A DNA stretch of 64,000 bases, from assembly GCA_000165345.1 (NCBI GenBank), contig CM000434.1:1-64000 (forward strand), in the 5' to 3' direction. Both the position numbers and the translations under genes were made by a program. Position 1 is the stretch's first letter. The number at the start of each line of letters is the position of its first letter. Positions 11,783 to 22,503 of this stretch are shown one piece after another. The notes under the pieces were generated by a model. The model searched no databases and was not told where the DNA came from. It was given only the letters and a program-made list of their open reading frames with translations.

Positions 11783-12446
11783 GTTATTATCGAAAAGCAA
11801 GTAATAAAGAATTCCACCTAAAATTTATTTTACTTAATTTATATTTTGTTTTTTTAATTAAATATTTGACTTAATGTTTGTTTGTCTATAAACCGGCATT
11901 ATTTTTTAATTAAATTCAATTTTGCCAATTTTGGCTCCAAACAATTTATTAAAAAAATTGTTTTCTCCCTAAAACTGTGTATTTTCCTGAATTCAATATT
12001 TTCATTTCAAATTATTCACTTTGAAATTTATTTATGTTGTGTTATACTATTGAAGTTTCTTTTTTCAATTAAGTTGATATGTTAATATTTTGACGAATTA
12101 AGTTTTCTTTAAGTCAATGCGTATTTATCAAATTCAAACCTTTTGTAACAAAGATTCCGTAAACAATAGATAAGTAGCAATTTGAGAGAATTGCCCAATA
12201 TTACATAAAAACAAAAAAGACAAATATTACACACTCATTAATATTTAGAGATAAATATAGTTTGAACTAAAAATATGTCGCTCATATAAATAATATATAA
12301 TAATCTCTTGCAATATTAAGATCAAGATCACAGAATAATTTTTATTCTCTAATACTTACTTCAAAGACCGGAATAATTATTGAACAAACGCCGCAAATGT
12401 ACAAAAGCTATTTGCTATCGTCTCACATAACTAACAAATAACACAT

Positions 12447-13025
12447 TTAAAGTTTTGTGTCATATTCATTTCCATTTACAGGAGGGGATGATGATGATGA
12501 TGAACCTGATGATGAGGAACCTGATGATGAGGAACCTGATGATGAGGAACCTGATGATGAGGAACTTGATGATGAGGAACTTGATGATGAGGAACTTGAT
12601 GATGATGAACTTGATGATGAACTTGATGATGTCACACTACTTGTGTCATCGTTGCCTTCATTGTTATCCTCATCTCCTGATTGATAGCCCTCATTACTAA
12701 AGTCAGGACCAGAAGTACCGAGAGATGGAATTCGAGAAGTAAGTCTTCCATCTGAGTCTCTCATCTGTAGACCACCTGAATGTAAGTGTTGGAAATCAGT
12801 TGGATTACCAATTACCATTTCTGGTTGCTCTTCTTCTTCACCGCCGGAGCAACAGCAAAGTGCCCTTCTAAGCCTCTTGCAAAATCCACCACCGCATTTA
12901 ACCTTGACAAAAGAAAGTTCGTAGTAACTACTTGATGCAAGATCAGATTCAGTAGAAGTAAAGCTGTAAAAGACAGCAATAACAGCCAATATTGAGATAA
13001 TCGACAAATTTGATAAAAATTTCAT
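12447..13025 (-). CDS. Mucin-like secreted Ser-rich glycoprotein, 192 aa
   Basis: ATG at 13025 verified. Signal peptide MKFLSNLSIISILAVIAVFYSFTST. A Cys cluster (CGGGFCKRLRRALCCCSGGEEEE). A C-terminal run of about 55 residues, a long poly-Ser tract followed by four SSSSG units, typical of O-glycosylated mucins, followed by PPVNGNEYDTKL. Confidence 0.7.
   Translation of the reverse strand: MKFLSNLSIISILAVIAVFYSFTSTESDLASSSYYELSFVKVKCGGGFCKRLRRALCCCSGGEEEEQPEMVIGNPTDFQHLHSGGLQMRDSDGRLTSRIPSLGTSGPDFSNEGYQSGDEDNNEGNDDTSSVTSSSSSSSSSSSSSSSSSSSSSSSSSSGSSSSGSSSSGSSSSGSSSSSSPPVNGNEYDTKL
12487..12630. repeat. 15-bp coding minisatellite (gaacctgatgatgag x4, then gaacttgatgatgag x about 4, plus GAT/GAA triplets), about 9 units
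   Basis: Direct reading of tandem 15-mers. On the coding (minus) strand the unit encodes GSSSS. Strong candidate for length polymorphism. Confidence 0.85.
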
Positions 13026-13186
13026 TTTTGGGAAAAAAATAAAAACAATGTAAAAAGTGATTGAACTGAGGAAATTCTTTTATTAAGTTTCATGTCAGTG
13101 AATATTACTTATAATTGATAATATATTGCTTGAAGTTAATGTAAATAGACCCATTGTTATAATAACAATAGATCAACGTCCAGTAT

Positions 13187-13245
13187 CGCCTCCCGCTTAT
13201 GCCTTTAAATGGTGGTATCGCAAAAAAAAACGTCATGGCGGCAAT
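13187..13245. promoter_or_regulatory. GC-rich promoter patch with CGCCTCCCGC and CATGGCGGCAAT (E2F-like GGCGG elements) 160-220 bp upstream of the mucin-like gene
   Basis: Direct reading. Confidence 0.4.
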
Positions 13246-14407
13246 GCAAAACAGGGTGGAGGGAAATGCAAATGCGTCCTATTTTGACAGTAGTTTAGGA
13301 ATAAAATTTGGCAAATGAAAATTCGCACTTAGTAATTTGACTGATTATTACTTTTTTTAATTCTTTTTATTTTTTGAAATTGATTTTGAAAAGATTGAAA
13401 TCGTAATTAGGCGAGGTACTCAAGATATCCATAATTCTAGAATTTAATTATTGAAAAAATAAAATATTAGAGCTAGATTGTCAGAAATATATTAGAAACA
13501 TGAAATAAAATTAGTGTCATTATTTAATCAATATTGTAAATTAGAGAGTTGAATAAGTGAGTTACTATTTCCAATTCTTGCTTCAAGTTCCTTTAGGAGC
13601 GAATAATTAGGATTTATGAAATTATCAAAAAAAAACACAATCAATGGTAATATTTAATTCGACTTTTTCCACAAAAATACAAGATCTTGAAAATTTTTGG
13701 GATCATATTTACACATTATTTCTTAAATTTGATAATTAAACATTATATGAAATTCCAAGTAATATTTCGTAATCTTTTATCTGAATTTCAAATGTTAGTA
13801 ATTACTTTTCTGAAACATATCTTTTGTAAAAACCGAAAGATATTATGATACTGTAATAACACATATATTTATCCACGCATAGATGAATGGACCAAAGCCA
13901 TAATTACTCTGAGATATTAGTTTAAACATTTGAAATAACTTCAGTATAAAACATATAATTAAAGCGAAATTTAATAAAAAAAAATATATCATTACACAAC
14001 TTTATTAATTTTTTTTTTAACAAATATAACCATAAAGTATAAAAAGTTTTCATCCATTCTCATATTCTGTATTAATTACTTTTCTAGATATTGGATTTGA
14101 AGTTGAAGATAGTGGTAGTATTTGAGATAGTAGAGTGCGATTAAACTTCAGAATAAGGATATATCCTACAATTATAATCCATTAAGTGTTTTTTGCAAAC
14201 TTTCTTTTATCTTACAAAGAAGTTCGATTTTTGTTTAGTTGATTTGGTTACTCTTTTAAGATTCAATAGACAATCTCAAAATAATTTGGTTTGAAATATA
14301 TATCTCTATATCTATTTCTTGACAAAGAACAAAAGATTGTATTTGGTTTTTAATTAATAATTTTTGCTTACTTTTTTTATAATTCAAATATTAATAATTC
14401 TTTTTAA

Positions 14408-15313
14408 TCAAAAAATCCTGTTTGTTACCGCTGATTTGATTGTTGAGGATGGTGGTGGTGGTGGTGGTGATAGTGGTGGCGGTGGAATTGCCGTTGATTG
14501 ATTCTCTCTCCTCTTTTCTACTGATTCAGGCTCGTTATTAGTCTCAAAGTGGCCTGATTGATTTGAAATTGATTTTGCTCTTGCAGAATTACCAACGAGG
14601 CCATATTTATTAAGATAAGGATTGAAAGTAGGCTTTTTCGGTATTTCAGGAGGCGTTTTTTCAAAAGAATATATTGATGAATTAGGTGGAAGAAATCTAG
14701 ATCCAGTTCTCCTAAGGGATCTTAATCCCAAAGTAATTTCTTCTTTATTAATGATTAGTGATGAACTTTTGAATCCTATTTGACTATTTGCAACTTTCTT
14801 TTGTGGGTTTTGTACAGTGCTTTGCTTAATTGTCGGATGTAGATTTGGAGCTTCATCAAAATGATGAATATTTGTTTTAAGAACTGGGGCAGGATAAGAA
14901 GGTGGAGGAGGAATGTCTGATAATTGTTCCATACTGCTAACATGACTTTGCTGTCCTGGTTCTTGTGGCTTCTGTCTTTGATAATCATTAAAACCATCAT
15001 ACCTATAGTTCAAGTATGGATTAATGATCTTTCCCTTCTTTTTTTTAGACGAGAAACAACAAGAGCAAGAACTATCAGATTCATATTCATCTTGAGTGGA
15101 TTGAAGATTTTCATCAATAATATTTTTTCCAGGATAAGAAGATTTAGATTTTTGATATTGAGTATTATCTGACCTATGATATTTTTCGTCTCCTGGATGG
15201 CCTCCATCTCGTTCAACAAATGTTACACTTAAATTTGATCTTTGTCCGTTTGTTTTTAAACAACTTTTAGTTGGAAGAGTTTGAGGGGTATTAGAATTTG
15301 ATATAAAATACAA
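14408..15313 (-). CDS. Pro-rich low-complexity hypothetical protein with PPPP and a C-terminal PPPPLSPPPPPP tract. The 5' end is unresolved.
   Basis: The track start at 15313 is a TTG. The reading frame stays open upstream to about 15423 with no ATG. The first in-frame ATG is at about codon 118 of the track ORF (SSMEQLSD). Either an upstream mini-exon exists (a speculative candidate is MASYY + GTAATG around 15557-15542) or the protein is shorter than drawn. Confidence 0.4.
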   Translation of the reverse strand: MYFISNSNTPQTLPTKSCLKTNGQRSNLSVTFVERDGGHPGDEKYHRSDNTQYQKSKSSYPGKNIIDENLQSTQDEYESDSSCSCCFSSKKKKGKIINPYLNYRYDGFNDYQRQKPQEPGQQSHVSSMEQLSDIPPPPSYPAPVLKTNIHHFDEAPNLHPTIKQSTVQNPQKKVANSQIGFKSSSLIINKEEITLGLRSLRRTGSRFLPPNSSIYSFEKTPPEIPKKPTFNPYLNKYGLVGNSARAKSISNQSGHFETNNEPESVEKRRENQSTAIPPPPLSPPPPPPSSTIKSAVTNRIF

Positions 15314-17416
15314 ATTTGAAGCTCTGTTTGTTGAATCTATCCCATTATTTTGAGTATGAAGTTCATCTTCTTCGTTGTCAGAGTTACAACAACATCCATT
15401 TTTAATATTACATTTTTAATGAAGTTTAATCTTAATTAAAGAATATTCTAAAATTTGATTTTGCAAGCAATAATTTTTCACACTATATTCATAAAACACT
15501 ACAATAGAAACAATTTGTGTGAAAAATAAGAATACATTACTGTAGTAACTCGCCATCTTAAATCATTTATTACATTAGTATTCCAGTTTTCTTTATTTCA
15601 ACCATTCAATAGCAGTAAATTTAAAATACAAATATTATAATAAGAATTATTGGCTCAACTGAATTCAGTGGGGCTTTATTTTAAATAATTGTGAATAAAA
15701 GACATATTTACAGTGCTAATCCAAAACCTAGTATCTTTAATTTTTATTTGTATCTTATTGGCGCAATTTCAGAAAAATTAAATGCAAATTCATCTCCTAA
15801 AAAGACTTTTTTTTCTGAAATATATTCCTTTTTGTTGAAAAAAACTCATTTGTTATCGTAATATATTTGATTAAGTTAATGTCTCTTTTTTGTTCTCATT
15901 AAATTTTGCAGTTTTTCCAGTTTTTTTTTCAATTTTTTCCACTTTTAATTTCTTTGATAACTATGATCTGTGTGTTACTTCACTACATAGAAAATTTTAT
16001 TTTAAATCTAATGAATACAAAAATGACCTTTTGTATATGTAACAAATTTAATTGTTTCATTATTTTAATTTTATATTTTTAATATTTAATTTTAAGTAAC
16101 TCATGTATAGTAGTTTGTAAATATGAAAATGTAAAGTTAACAAATTTAATAACTAAACAGTAGAAAAGAGAATTAACATTACAGAAATATTAACTTTGAA
16201 AAATTTTAAACTATTATATTTATACTTTGAAATTATCAATTAGAGTATATTTTTAGTTTATTTTTTCTTTTATTCAATTTATATGATCTAAAATCAAATA
16301 AAGATAATATATAAATTGCAATAATATTCTATTAATAAATTAATTAACTAGTAATACTATGGTTGAACTAAATTTTAGTTAAAATTATTAAGCATTATCT
16401 CCGCATTATACTATTTTAACGTTTATTTGGAATTAATAACAGTATTATTTAACAAAAACTAATTTTGTTGTTTTATAGGTAATATACTCAAAACGGTCCT
16501 TTTTCAATCAAAAAAAAATTATAGATTTTATTTGACATTTAAATTTAACGAAAATATAAAATTTTAATAATTTAAAAATATAACTTTTCATTGCGTTTAA
16601 TAATTGTTTGAAATTACTAACTACTCATATTTATATATATATAATTTAAATAGTGATATTCATTTATGATTTCAGATATTTATAATATTTTAATAAACAA
16701 TAATTCTAAAACAATTAGATCTTAAAGTTTTAATAAATTTAGAATAAGTAAAATGGAATCTATTGGATTGATTTTTGTTCATTTTAATATCTTTTTTTAA
16801 TAAAATGATCATTACTTTGTTTAAATATTATATTATGCTAGAGGTTTTTAAAAACGAATCAATATTATCATTTTTTTAATGATTTCTAGCAAAATTTATC
16901 TTAATCATCATTGAATTGTAAATAGTTAATGTAAAATTAAATTAATGCGTGATTTTTTTTTTCGTAAACAAATAAACAGAATTTAACTATTTTTTTTAAT
17001 TTACTATTTATAAATATTTCATTATAAATAATATCCTTGGTTATTTTTAAAACTTACCAAAATACATAAATATTTATATAAAAACACATCTCTGTTAAAT
17101 TTTAGTTACTACAAAATACAAAATCTACCCAAGAAAATAAAAGTTTTTGTTGCTAATATATATACGCAAATAGTTATACAATTCAAAGAGATATACATGA
17201 ATTTTAGTAAGAATTATTTTATTAGTAGTATTTAACAAGTATTTCCATCCTCAAACAACGCAAAATTTTAATTTTCATTTCTGAAGAAAAATATTCGTTT
17301 TTTCCAAAGAAAATAGTAGACAAATTTACTGGTTATATTACGAATTCTTTTTTCTTTCCCCATTTATACTTTACAAAAAAAAAACCGATTTCAAATAAAG
17401 CTTGTCTGGGAAGATG

Positions 17417-17426
17417 TTGGCGCCAG
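17417..17426. promoter_or_regulatory. TTGGCGCCAG, E2F-like element about 390 bp upstream of the 1562-aa gene
   Basis: Direct reading. Confidence 0.5.
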
Positions 17427-17814
17427 AACTGCTTAATAAAGATTCAATATTGTTGAAGAAATTCAAGTTAATATTAGTTATATTAAGTTAAAAACTACAA
17501 ATTTAGTATAGATTTTGGATACGTTTATTTAATTCATTTTTGTTTGATATTCTTAATTTAATGGACGTCAAATTTTTATTAATGTATTGTTTAAATTATC
17601 ACGAAATGTGGATACCGACATCTCAATATATGATCTAATAATGGGTATGAAGAATACATGGAAAAGAAAAAATAGTGGCGATACCGAGTATTACATAGTT
17701 TTGAAAAATATTAAATAAGATAGTATAAGATTTTTTTTTAGATTTAAGTTAATAAGTTGCTTTGGCCCATATATAAAGATAATGGTTTGATAGTAATTTC
17801 GTTCTGGAATTGAA

Positions 17815-20800
17815 ATGATTAATAAATATATTAGCAAAAAAAAGCTTACCATTCTAATACACCTGTTTATAATATATTTCCTTGTAATTTATAATAATGA
17901 ATGGAATTCTCTTGATTCCTATTATTTAAAGTTTTCACATAACAATAGCTTATTAAAAGTTAAACCAAAAAAACATCTTGGAAAGTATTTAGCTAAAATC
18001 AAAAAGGTAATTCCAACAAAAAAACCATCTAAGCCATGTTCATGGGAAACAGTTGGTCCTGCAGCTCGTGGTTTAACATGCAGTGGAAGTGTTCACATGA
18101 CTACTAGGATGGGAAAAGATTCTACAGTGAAGAAAAATGAATTAGTAGCTAAGATAGAGTATAATGGAAGCAAACAAAATTTAATTAAAGAGAGTATTCG
18201 TTCGCCATGCCTAGGAGTTGTTCAGGTGATAAATCCTAATTTTGGGTCTAACCACAAGATTGTAATTGTTTGTCAGGCTATAGTTAGTGTTAAAGAAACA
18301 GAATTGTCCTTTTCAGATGGAATTTTTACCTACACTTTTGATACTAGGCTGATGTTAGGTAAAACAGCTGTTACAATGTCAGGTTACCATCAATCTTCAG
18401 CGGTTTTACATTCTCAAGTTCAAGTAAAAAAGCCTGTTGGAGTTTACACTCCTGATACTGAATCACAAGCAAAGACTACAGAAAAAACATACACAGCTTG
18501 TACTGGATTATTGAAAGAATTAAAAACTCAAAGAATAACAGCGCCTGGAACTATAATAGTTACAGAAAATTGCAAGAAACCTTTTTGGGTCATGGTTCAT
18601 GAGAGAAATCAACCACATGCTGCTCAAGATATTGTTCCTAGTTACTCTCCTTTGTATCCTTCAGGAATTATTTATCCTCAATCGCCAATTACTTTACCAG
18701 GAATGGGCTCTTCTTCTTATGGAATTCCACCTTCTCAAGGAACACCTTTTCCAGGATCTCTTGTAACTGGACCTTTTTCTATTTCGATCAGACAAGTTTC
18801 ACATCTATCTATTGCAGAAATAAAGGTTAATGAAAAAGGAAATACACAATTCTCAAAGAAATCAGGATATGTTACTCAAGCAAATTTTGGGCATTATCAT
18901 TCTCAAGATTCTCAAACAGGTTTAATGAAAACTTACCTTGTTCCACTTCCATGTTTAGGTTTTTTAACCTCAGTATTTGAGGGAGAAGTCTCTCCTGAAT
19001 ATACTATTGCTCAAGTTATTTGTAATTTTCAAGACTTGGATGTCAATGCACCTGAATCAATTACTAGTGATTGGGTAACTCCAAAAGATAGAGACCTTGA
19101 TTGCATTTATTTAACTTCAACAGGTATGCAAACGGAAATCAGAGTAGCAGACGGTGCGAATGGTATTCCAACTATTGAAACAAGGTTTGTAAAATCAAAT
19201 TCAATGGCATTTGCAGGTGAAATAGTTGGAAAATTTAAATGTAATGTTGGATCAAAGAATGAAAAAGAAGTGGTATTATTTTCCCCTTGTACTGGCCCAG
19301 CAAATTCGGCTGAAAACTCAAAGACTCAAATGAAACAAGTTTCTTCTCATTCTCAAATATTTACAGTTGGCTGTACAATGCCTTTAGATCCTAAAGATAA
19401 GTTTGAAAAAATGGTTCTTGACCAAACCAATTTTAGACAATTATCAGCAGCCCTCAGCAAATGTATTTCATATAGATTTAGAGGCAAAAAAGTTTTTGTT
19501 GTCTCTAATTCAAAATCTACATTTATGGAACTTAATTCTAGAGTCAGGTCCGAAAAAAAAGTTACAAAAGGTGCGAGTATTGGTAAATTTACTTGTATTA
19601 TTGATGGCAGTGTGTTTAGTGAAGAACTTAAATCAGATATTTCTGGTGTTGTTGTTTATGCAATTGAAGATAAAACTCAAGTAGGCGAAGATGTTGTAAT
19701 GCTTGAAATTAAATCTGATGCAAAGTGGCAAATTGCTAAACCAACTGTTACTCTAGTTGGACAACTAGGTGATGTATTCACTACTAAGACTGATCCACAT
19801 AAATCAATTTCTCTTCAGATGTGGGAAAATGCTTACCTCTCTTGGAAAAGAAATGATTTCAAGTATCTAGTACCGCATGCTACTCAGTCTTTAGCTTCCG
19901 ATCCTAATTGGAAAAGTGGGGATCAAATTATTCAATTACCTCATTTACTTCAAAACCCTAACCCCCCTTCTCCAACACATGTATTTTTACAATCAGGTTA
20001 TTCCCAGAGTTATGGTGGTGTTTTTATTCAAGAAGAAAGTAGGGGAGGGCGTTATATTAGAAGGGTTGGAGTAACTAGAACAGCTCATGTTACTTTGACT
20101 GAAATCGAAGAATGTGTGAAAGATGCGCCGCTTGGAACAGTTTCTCTGCATTCCTACGGGGCCCCTACAATGATACAGGTTACTTGCCCATGTACTGGTG
20201 TAGTTACTTCATTACTTAAGCATAAAGTTGACGTTTCTTCCGGTCAACAGATCCAAGCTGGTCAAACATTTGCAGAAGTCACTTGCAGAAAGAGTACAAT
20301 CGCATGGATGGATAATCCAAAGCTTCTCATCAAAACTGGTCAGAAATCTCATACAACTAAAAAATTTACAGAAGTTCAAGGACTTGGTACGCCGCTATAT
20401 CCTGTAGAAAGTGGTGATGAGATTACCATCTACTCAAAGGTCCCTGGTATCTTCAGAATTACTTCTAAAGATCAGAGACTTGTACAAGAAGGACAAGCCA
20501 TCGGCGCATTCGTTTATTCATTAGGATTAGAATACAATGCCATGGTGTATGTTACATCGCCATGTACTGGAAAAATGACTTATCCCTCAAGTTCAATAGA
20601 AACAATGGATATTTCAGAAAGTTCTATTGGAGGATTGAAAATATGTTCTGTATTATGTAGTTTAGTTGCAAGAATTGAACAAGTCAGTTCCAATGAGCAG
20701 CAATTATATTTTAACTATGTTTATTCTTCTTTTGGGTTAGAAGGCCAGGAAAAATGTTACAAGGCTACAGCTCGTGCTGGAGTAAAAATTATTTATACTC

Positions 20801-22503
20801 CAACCATACTCTTATCTTCTTCTGAATCTTTGAATGTAGAAGCTGGAGATGAAATTGGATTTTTGGTTCTTGATGAAAATCGTTCTTCACAAGTCATTAT
20901 GAAAACTCCTTGCTCTGGCGTTATTAAAGGTCCTGCATCTCTCAAGATGAAATCAGGAAGTACATTTGCTGCAGGCGATATTATTTTCAAAGTTTACTGT
21001 AGCTCTATTAGTACTCCTGTAATTGGAGATTTGCCTTTGGCCCCTCCTTTAAGTGCTTTAAGTGCATCTCCTATCCAGTATTTACATAATGATGGGTATG
21101 ATTTTGTTATTACTTCCAACCACTGCAAAATTAGCTTCAAAAATGATGGTATAATCGGTACAGTTGGAGAAAAAGAAACTGTAGGAAAAGCATCATGCAC
21201 TAGTTCAACTAATACCCAAATTGATGTTGATATAGTCAACCAAAACCCTGGTAGTAATATCTTCTTTTTAACAATGGCTGCTCACGGCCAATTAGTATTA
21301 TCTGGAACTACGATCATGATGGTTAAAAAGGATACGGGGAAACAAATAATAGATAGGATCCCTCAAGGAACTCACACCGGCAGTTTAGTTACGAAGACTG
21401 GAGATTTGACAAAAAATGGTTATATTTGGGCAAATATGGCTGGTACTCCTATTTTCAAAGATAAACCAAAAATTGATCTCGTTACGGTAGGTGAATCAGT
21501 AGGAGTTTTTGTTACTCAAAATGGTGGAAATCCAGAAAATATTATTCCTCCCTGTTCAGGAGCAGTTCATGCTCCAAGCGTAGCCTTAGTTAATAATACT
21601 CTTACTTTGCCTGGAACTGAAATACTTAGGGTATTTTGTGGTTCACCTTCAGTCCCATCTCAAGCTATGGAAATGACTCCTCCAACTGTTCAACAACTTT
21701 CTGAAGAAGATAGAGATCCAATTATGACAAAAAATATGCTCGGGATATACACATTGTCTTGGCCGACGTATAATGGTATTGTTCAGTACTCTCCCAACTG
21801 GATTGTTTACACGCAAATTGTTCTTCAGGAAGGAACTTCATTTGGAACTTTTATTTACACTGATGATAATGGAAAGTCTAAATCTGCAAATTTGATTGCT
21901 TCCTGTAATGGAAGGCTGGACAAGAGTGTCGCTTCTAAAGTAGATGGAAAAATGGTTAAAGCAGGGGAGAGTGTTATTTCCAAAGTACACTGCGTAAATA
22001 TTCGCTATGTTGATAGCTCTTTGAGTGTATTTGATGATGCTAGCGCAATTTCTTCCCAATTATCATCTGGAAGTTCTTCAGGGTCATCTTCATCAGCACC
22101 ACCACCACCAACACCATCATCGCCTTCATCATCATCCTCATCACCTTCATCTAAACCCCAAAAACCTTCAAAAAAACCCGAAAAACCAAAAAAAAGCCCA
22201 AAGGCTTCATCTCCAAAAGTTAAAAAGAAAAAAGAGGAACCTGATTATACACAAGGTGATTCAGAGAGTTATTCGATGGAAGATGTTAAGAAAAGGCTAT
22301 TAAAAAAAACAGGCTTTTCTGGCTCTGGACCGAGAAGTGATAGTGCCAGTGCTGGGAGTGGATCAAACTCTTCACCACCACCACCACCACCACCACCACC
22401 GCCACCGTCATCATCATCTTCACCGTCGCCACCGCCTCCTCCACCTCCACCGCCACCACCACCACCACCACCTCCACCACCGCCACCTCCTCCACCTAAA
22501 TAA
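17815..22503 (+). CDS. Large secreted or type-II membrane repeat protein (1562 aa). It has an N-terminal hydrophobic anchor, at least 10 degenerate modules of about 100 aa each carrying a [ST]PC[STLN]G...C two-Cys 'hybrid-motif-like' core, and a C-terminal Ser/Pro/Lys-rich region ending in poly-Pro.
   Basis: ATG at 17815 verified. N-terminus KLTILIHLFIIYFLVIY. Recurrent motifs: RSPCLGVVQVINPNFGSNHKIVIVC, FSPCTGPANS...FTVGC, TCPCTGVVTSLLKHKVDVSSGQQIQAGQTFAEVTC, TSPCTGKMTYP...GGLKIC, KTPCSGVIKGPASLKMKSGSTFAAGDIIFKVYC, IPPCSGAVHAPSVALVNNTLTLPGTEILRVFC, ASCNGRLDKSVASKVDGKMVKAGESVISKVHC. The C-terminus has two poly-Pro runs (P11 and P25) bridged by SSSSSPS, about 45 residues in all. The continuous 4.7-kb ORF is far beyond chance in 30%-GC DNA. 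Confidence 0.75.
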   Translation: MINKYISKKKLTILIHLFIIYFLVIYNNEWNSLDSYYLKFSHNNSLLKVKPKKHLGKYLAKIKKVIPTKKPSKPCSWETVGPAARGLTCSGSVHMTTRMGKDSTVKKNELVAKIEYNGSKQNLIKESIRSPCLGVVQVINPNFGSNHKIVIVCQAIVSVKETELSFSDGIFTYTFDTRLMLGKTAVTMSGYHQSSAVLHSQVQVKKPVGVYTPDTESQAKTTEKTYTACTGLLKELKTQRITAPGTIIVTENCKKPFWVMVHERNQPHAAQDIVPSYSPLYPSGIIYPQSPITLPGMGSSSYGIPPSQGTPFPGSLVTGPFSISIRQVSHLSIAEIKVNEKGNTQFSKKSGYVTQANFGHYHSQDSQTGLMKTYLVPLPCLGFLTSVFEGEVSPEYTIAQVICNFQDLDVNAPESITSDWVTPKDRDLDCIYLTSTGMQTEIRVADGANGIPTIETRFVKSNSMAFAGEIVGKFKCNVGSKNEKEVVLFSPCTGPANSAENSKTQMKQVSSHSQIFTVGCTMPLDPKDKFEKMVLDQTNFRQLSAALSKCISYRFRGKKVFVVSNSKSTFMELNSRVRSEKKVTKGASIGKFTCIIDGSVFSEELKSDISGVVVYAIEDKTQVGEDVVMLEIKSDAKWQIAKPTVTLVGQLGDVFTTKTDPHKSISLQMWENAYLSWKRNDFKYLVPHATQSLASDPNWKSGDQIIQLPHLLQNPNPPSPTHVFLQSGYSQSYGGVFIQEESRGGRYIRRVGVTRTAHVTLTEIEECVKDAPLGTVSLHSYGAPTMIQVTCPCTGVVTSLLKHKVDVSSGQQIQAGQTFAEVTCRKSTIAWMDNPKLLIKTGQKSHTTKKFTEVQGLGTPLYPVESGDEITIYSKVPGIFRITSKDQRLVQEGQAIGAFVYSLGLEYNAMVYVTSPCTGKMTYPSSSIETMDISESSIGGLKICSVLCSLVARIEQVSSNEQQLYFNYVYSSFGLEGQEKCYKATARAGVKIIYTPTILLSSSESLNVEAGDEIGFLVLDENRSSQVIMKTPCSGVIKGPASLKMKSGSTFAAGDIIFKVYCSSISTPVIGDLPLAPPLSALSASPIQYLHNDGYDFVITSNHCKISFKNDGIIGTVGEKETVGKASCTSSTNTQIDVDIVNQNPGSNIFFLTMAAHGQLVLSGTTIMMVKKDTGKQIIDRIPQGTHTGSLVTKTGDLTKNGYIWANMAGTPIFKDKPKIDLVTVGESVGVFVTQNGGNPENIIPPCSGAVHAPSVALVNNTLTLPGTEILRVFCGSPSVPSQAMEMTPPTVQQLSEEDRDPIMTKNMLGIYTLSWPTYNGIVQYSPNWIVYTQIVLQEGTSFGTFIYTDDNGKSKSANLIASCNGRLDKSVASKVDGKMVKAGESVISKVHCVNIRYVDSSLSVFDDASAISSQLSSGSSSGSSSSAPPPPTPSSPSSSSSSPSSKPQKPSKKPEKPKKSPKASSPKVKKKKEEPDYTQGDSESYSMEDVKKRLLKKTGFSGSGPRSDSASAGSGSNSSPPPPPPPPPPPSSSSSPSPPPPPPPPPPPPPPPPPPPPPPPK
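22374..22497. repeat. (CCA/CCG/CCT)n trinucleotide tract encoding the terminal poly-Pro
   Basis: Direct reading: two blocks of nearly pure CCN codons. The same DNA read in other frames produces the spurious His-rich and Val-rich ORFs in the track. Confidence 0.8.

Noticed and set aside
12455-12700. Plus-strand ORFs (poly-Asp/Glu DDDDDEPDDEEPDDEE… and MMMMMNLMMRNLMM…) opposite the mucin-like gene
   Set aside because: They are antisense or frame-shifted translations of the 15-bp minisatellite. The minus-strand reading has a signal peptide, an ATG and a coherent mucin architecture.
13181-13270. GC-rich island checked as a possible tRNA/snRNA
   Set aside because: It has no T-loop GTTCGA/GTTCRANYC box, no plausible cloverleaf pairing, and no Sm-site context. 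It fits better as promoter elements (GGCGG sites) of the adjacent mucin-like gene.
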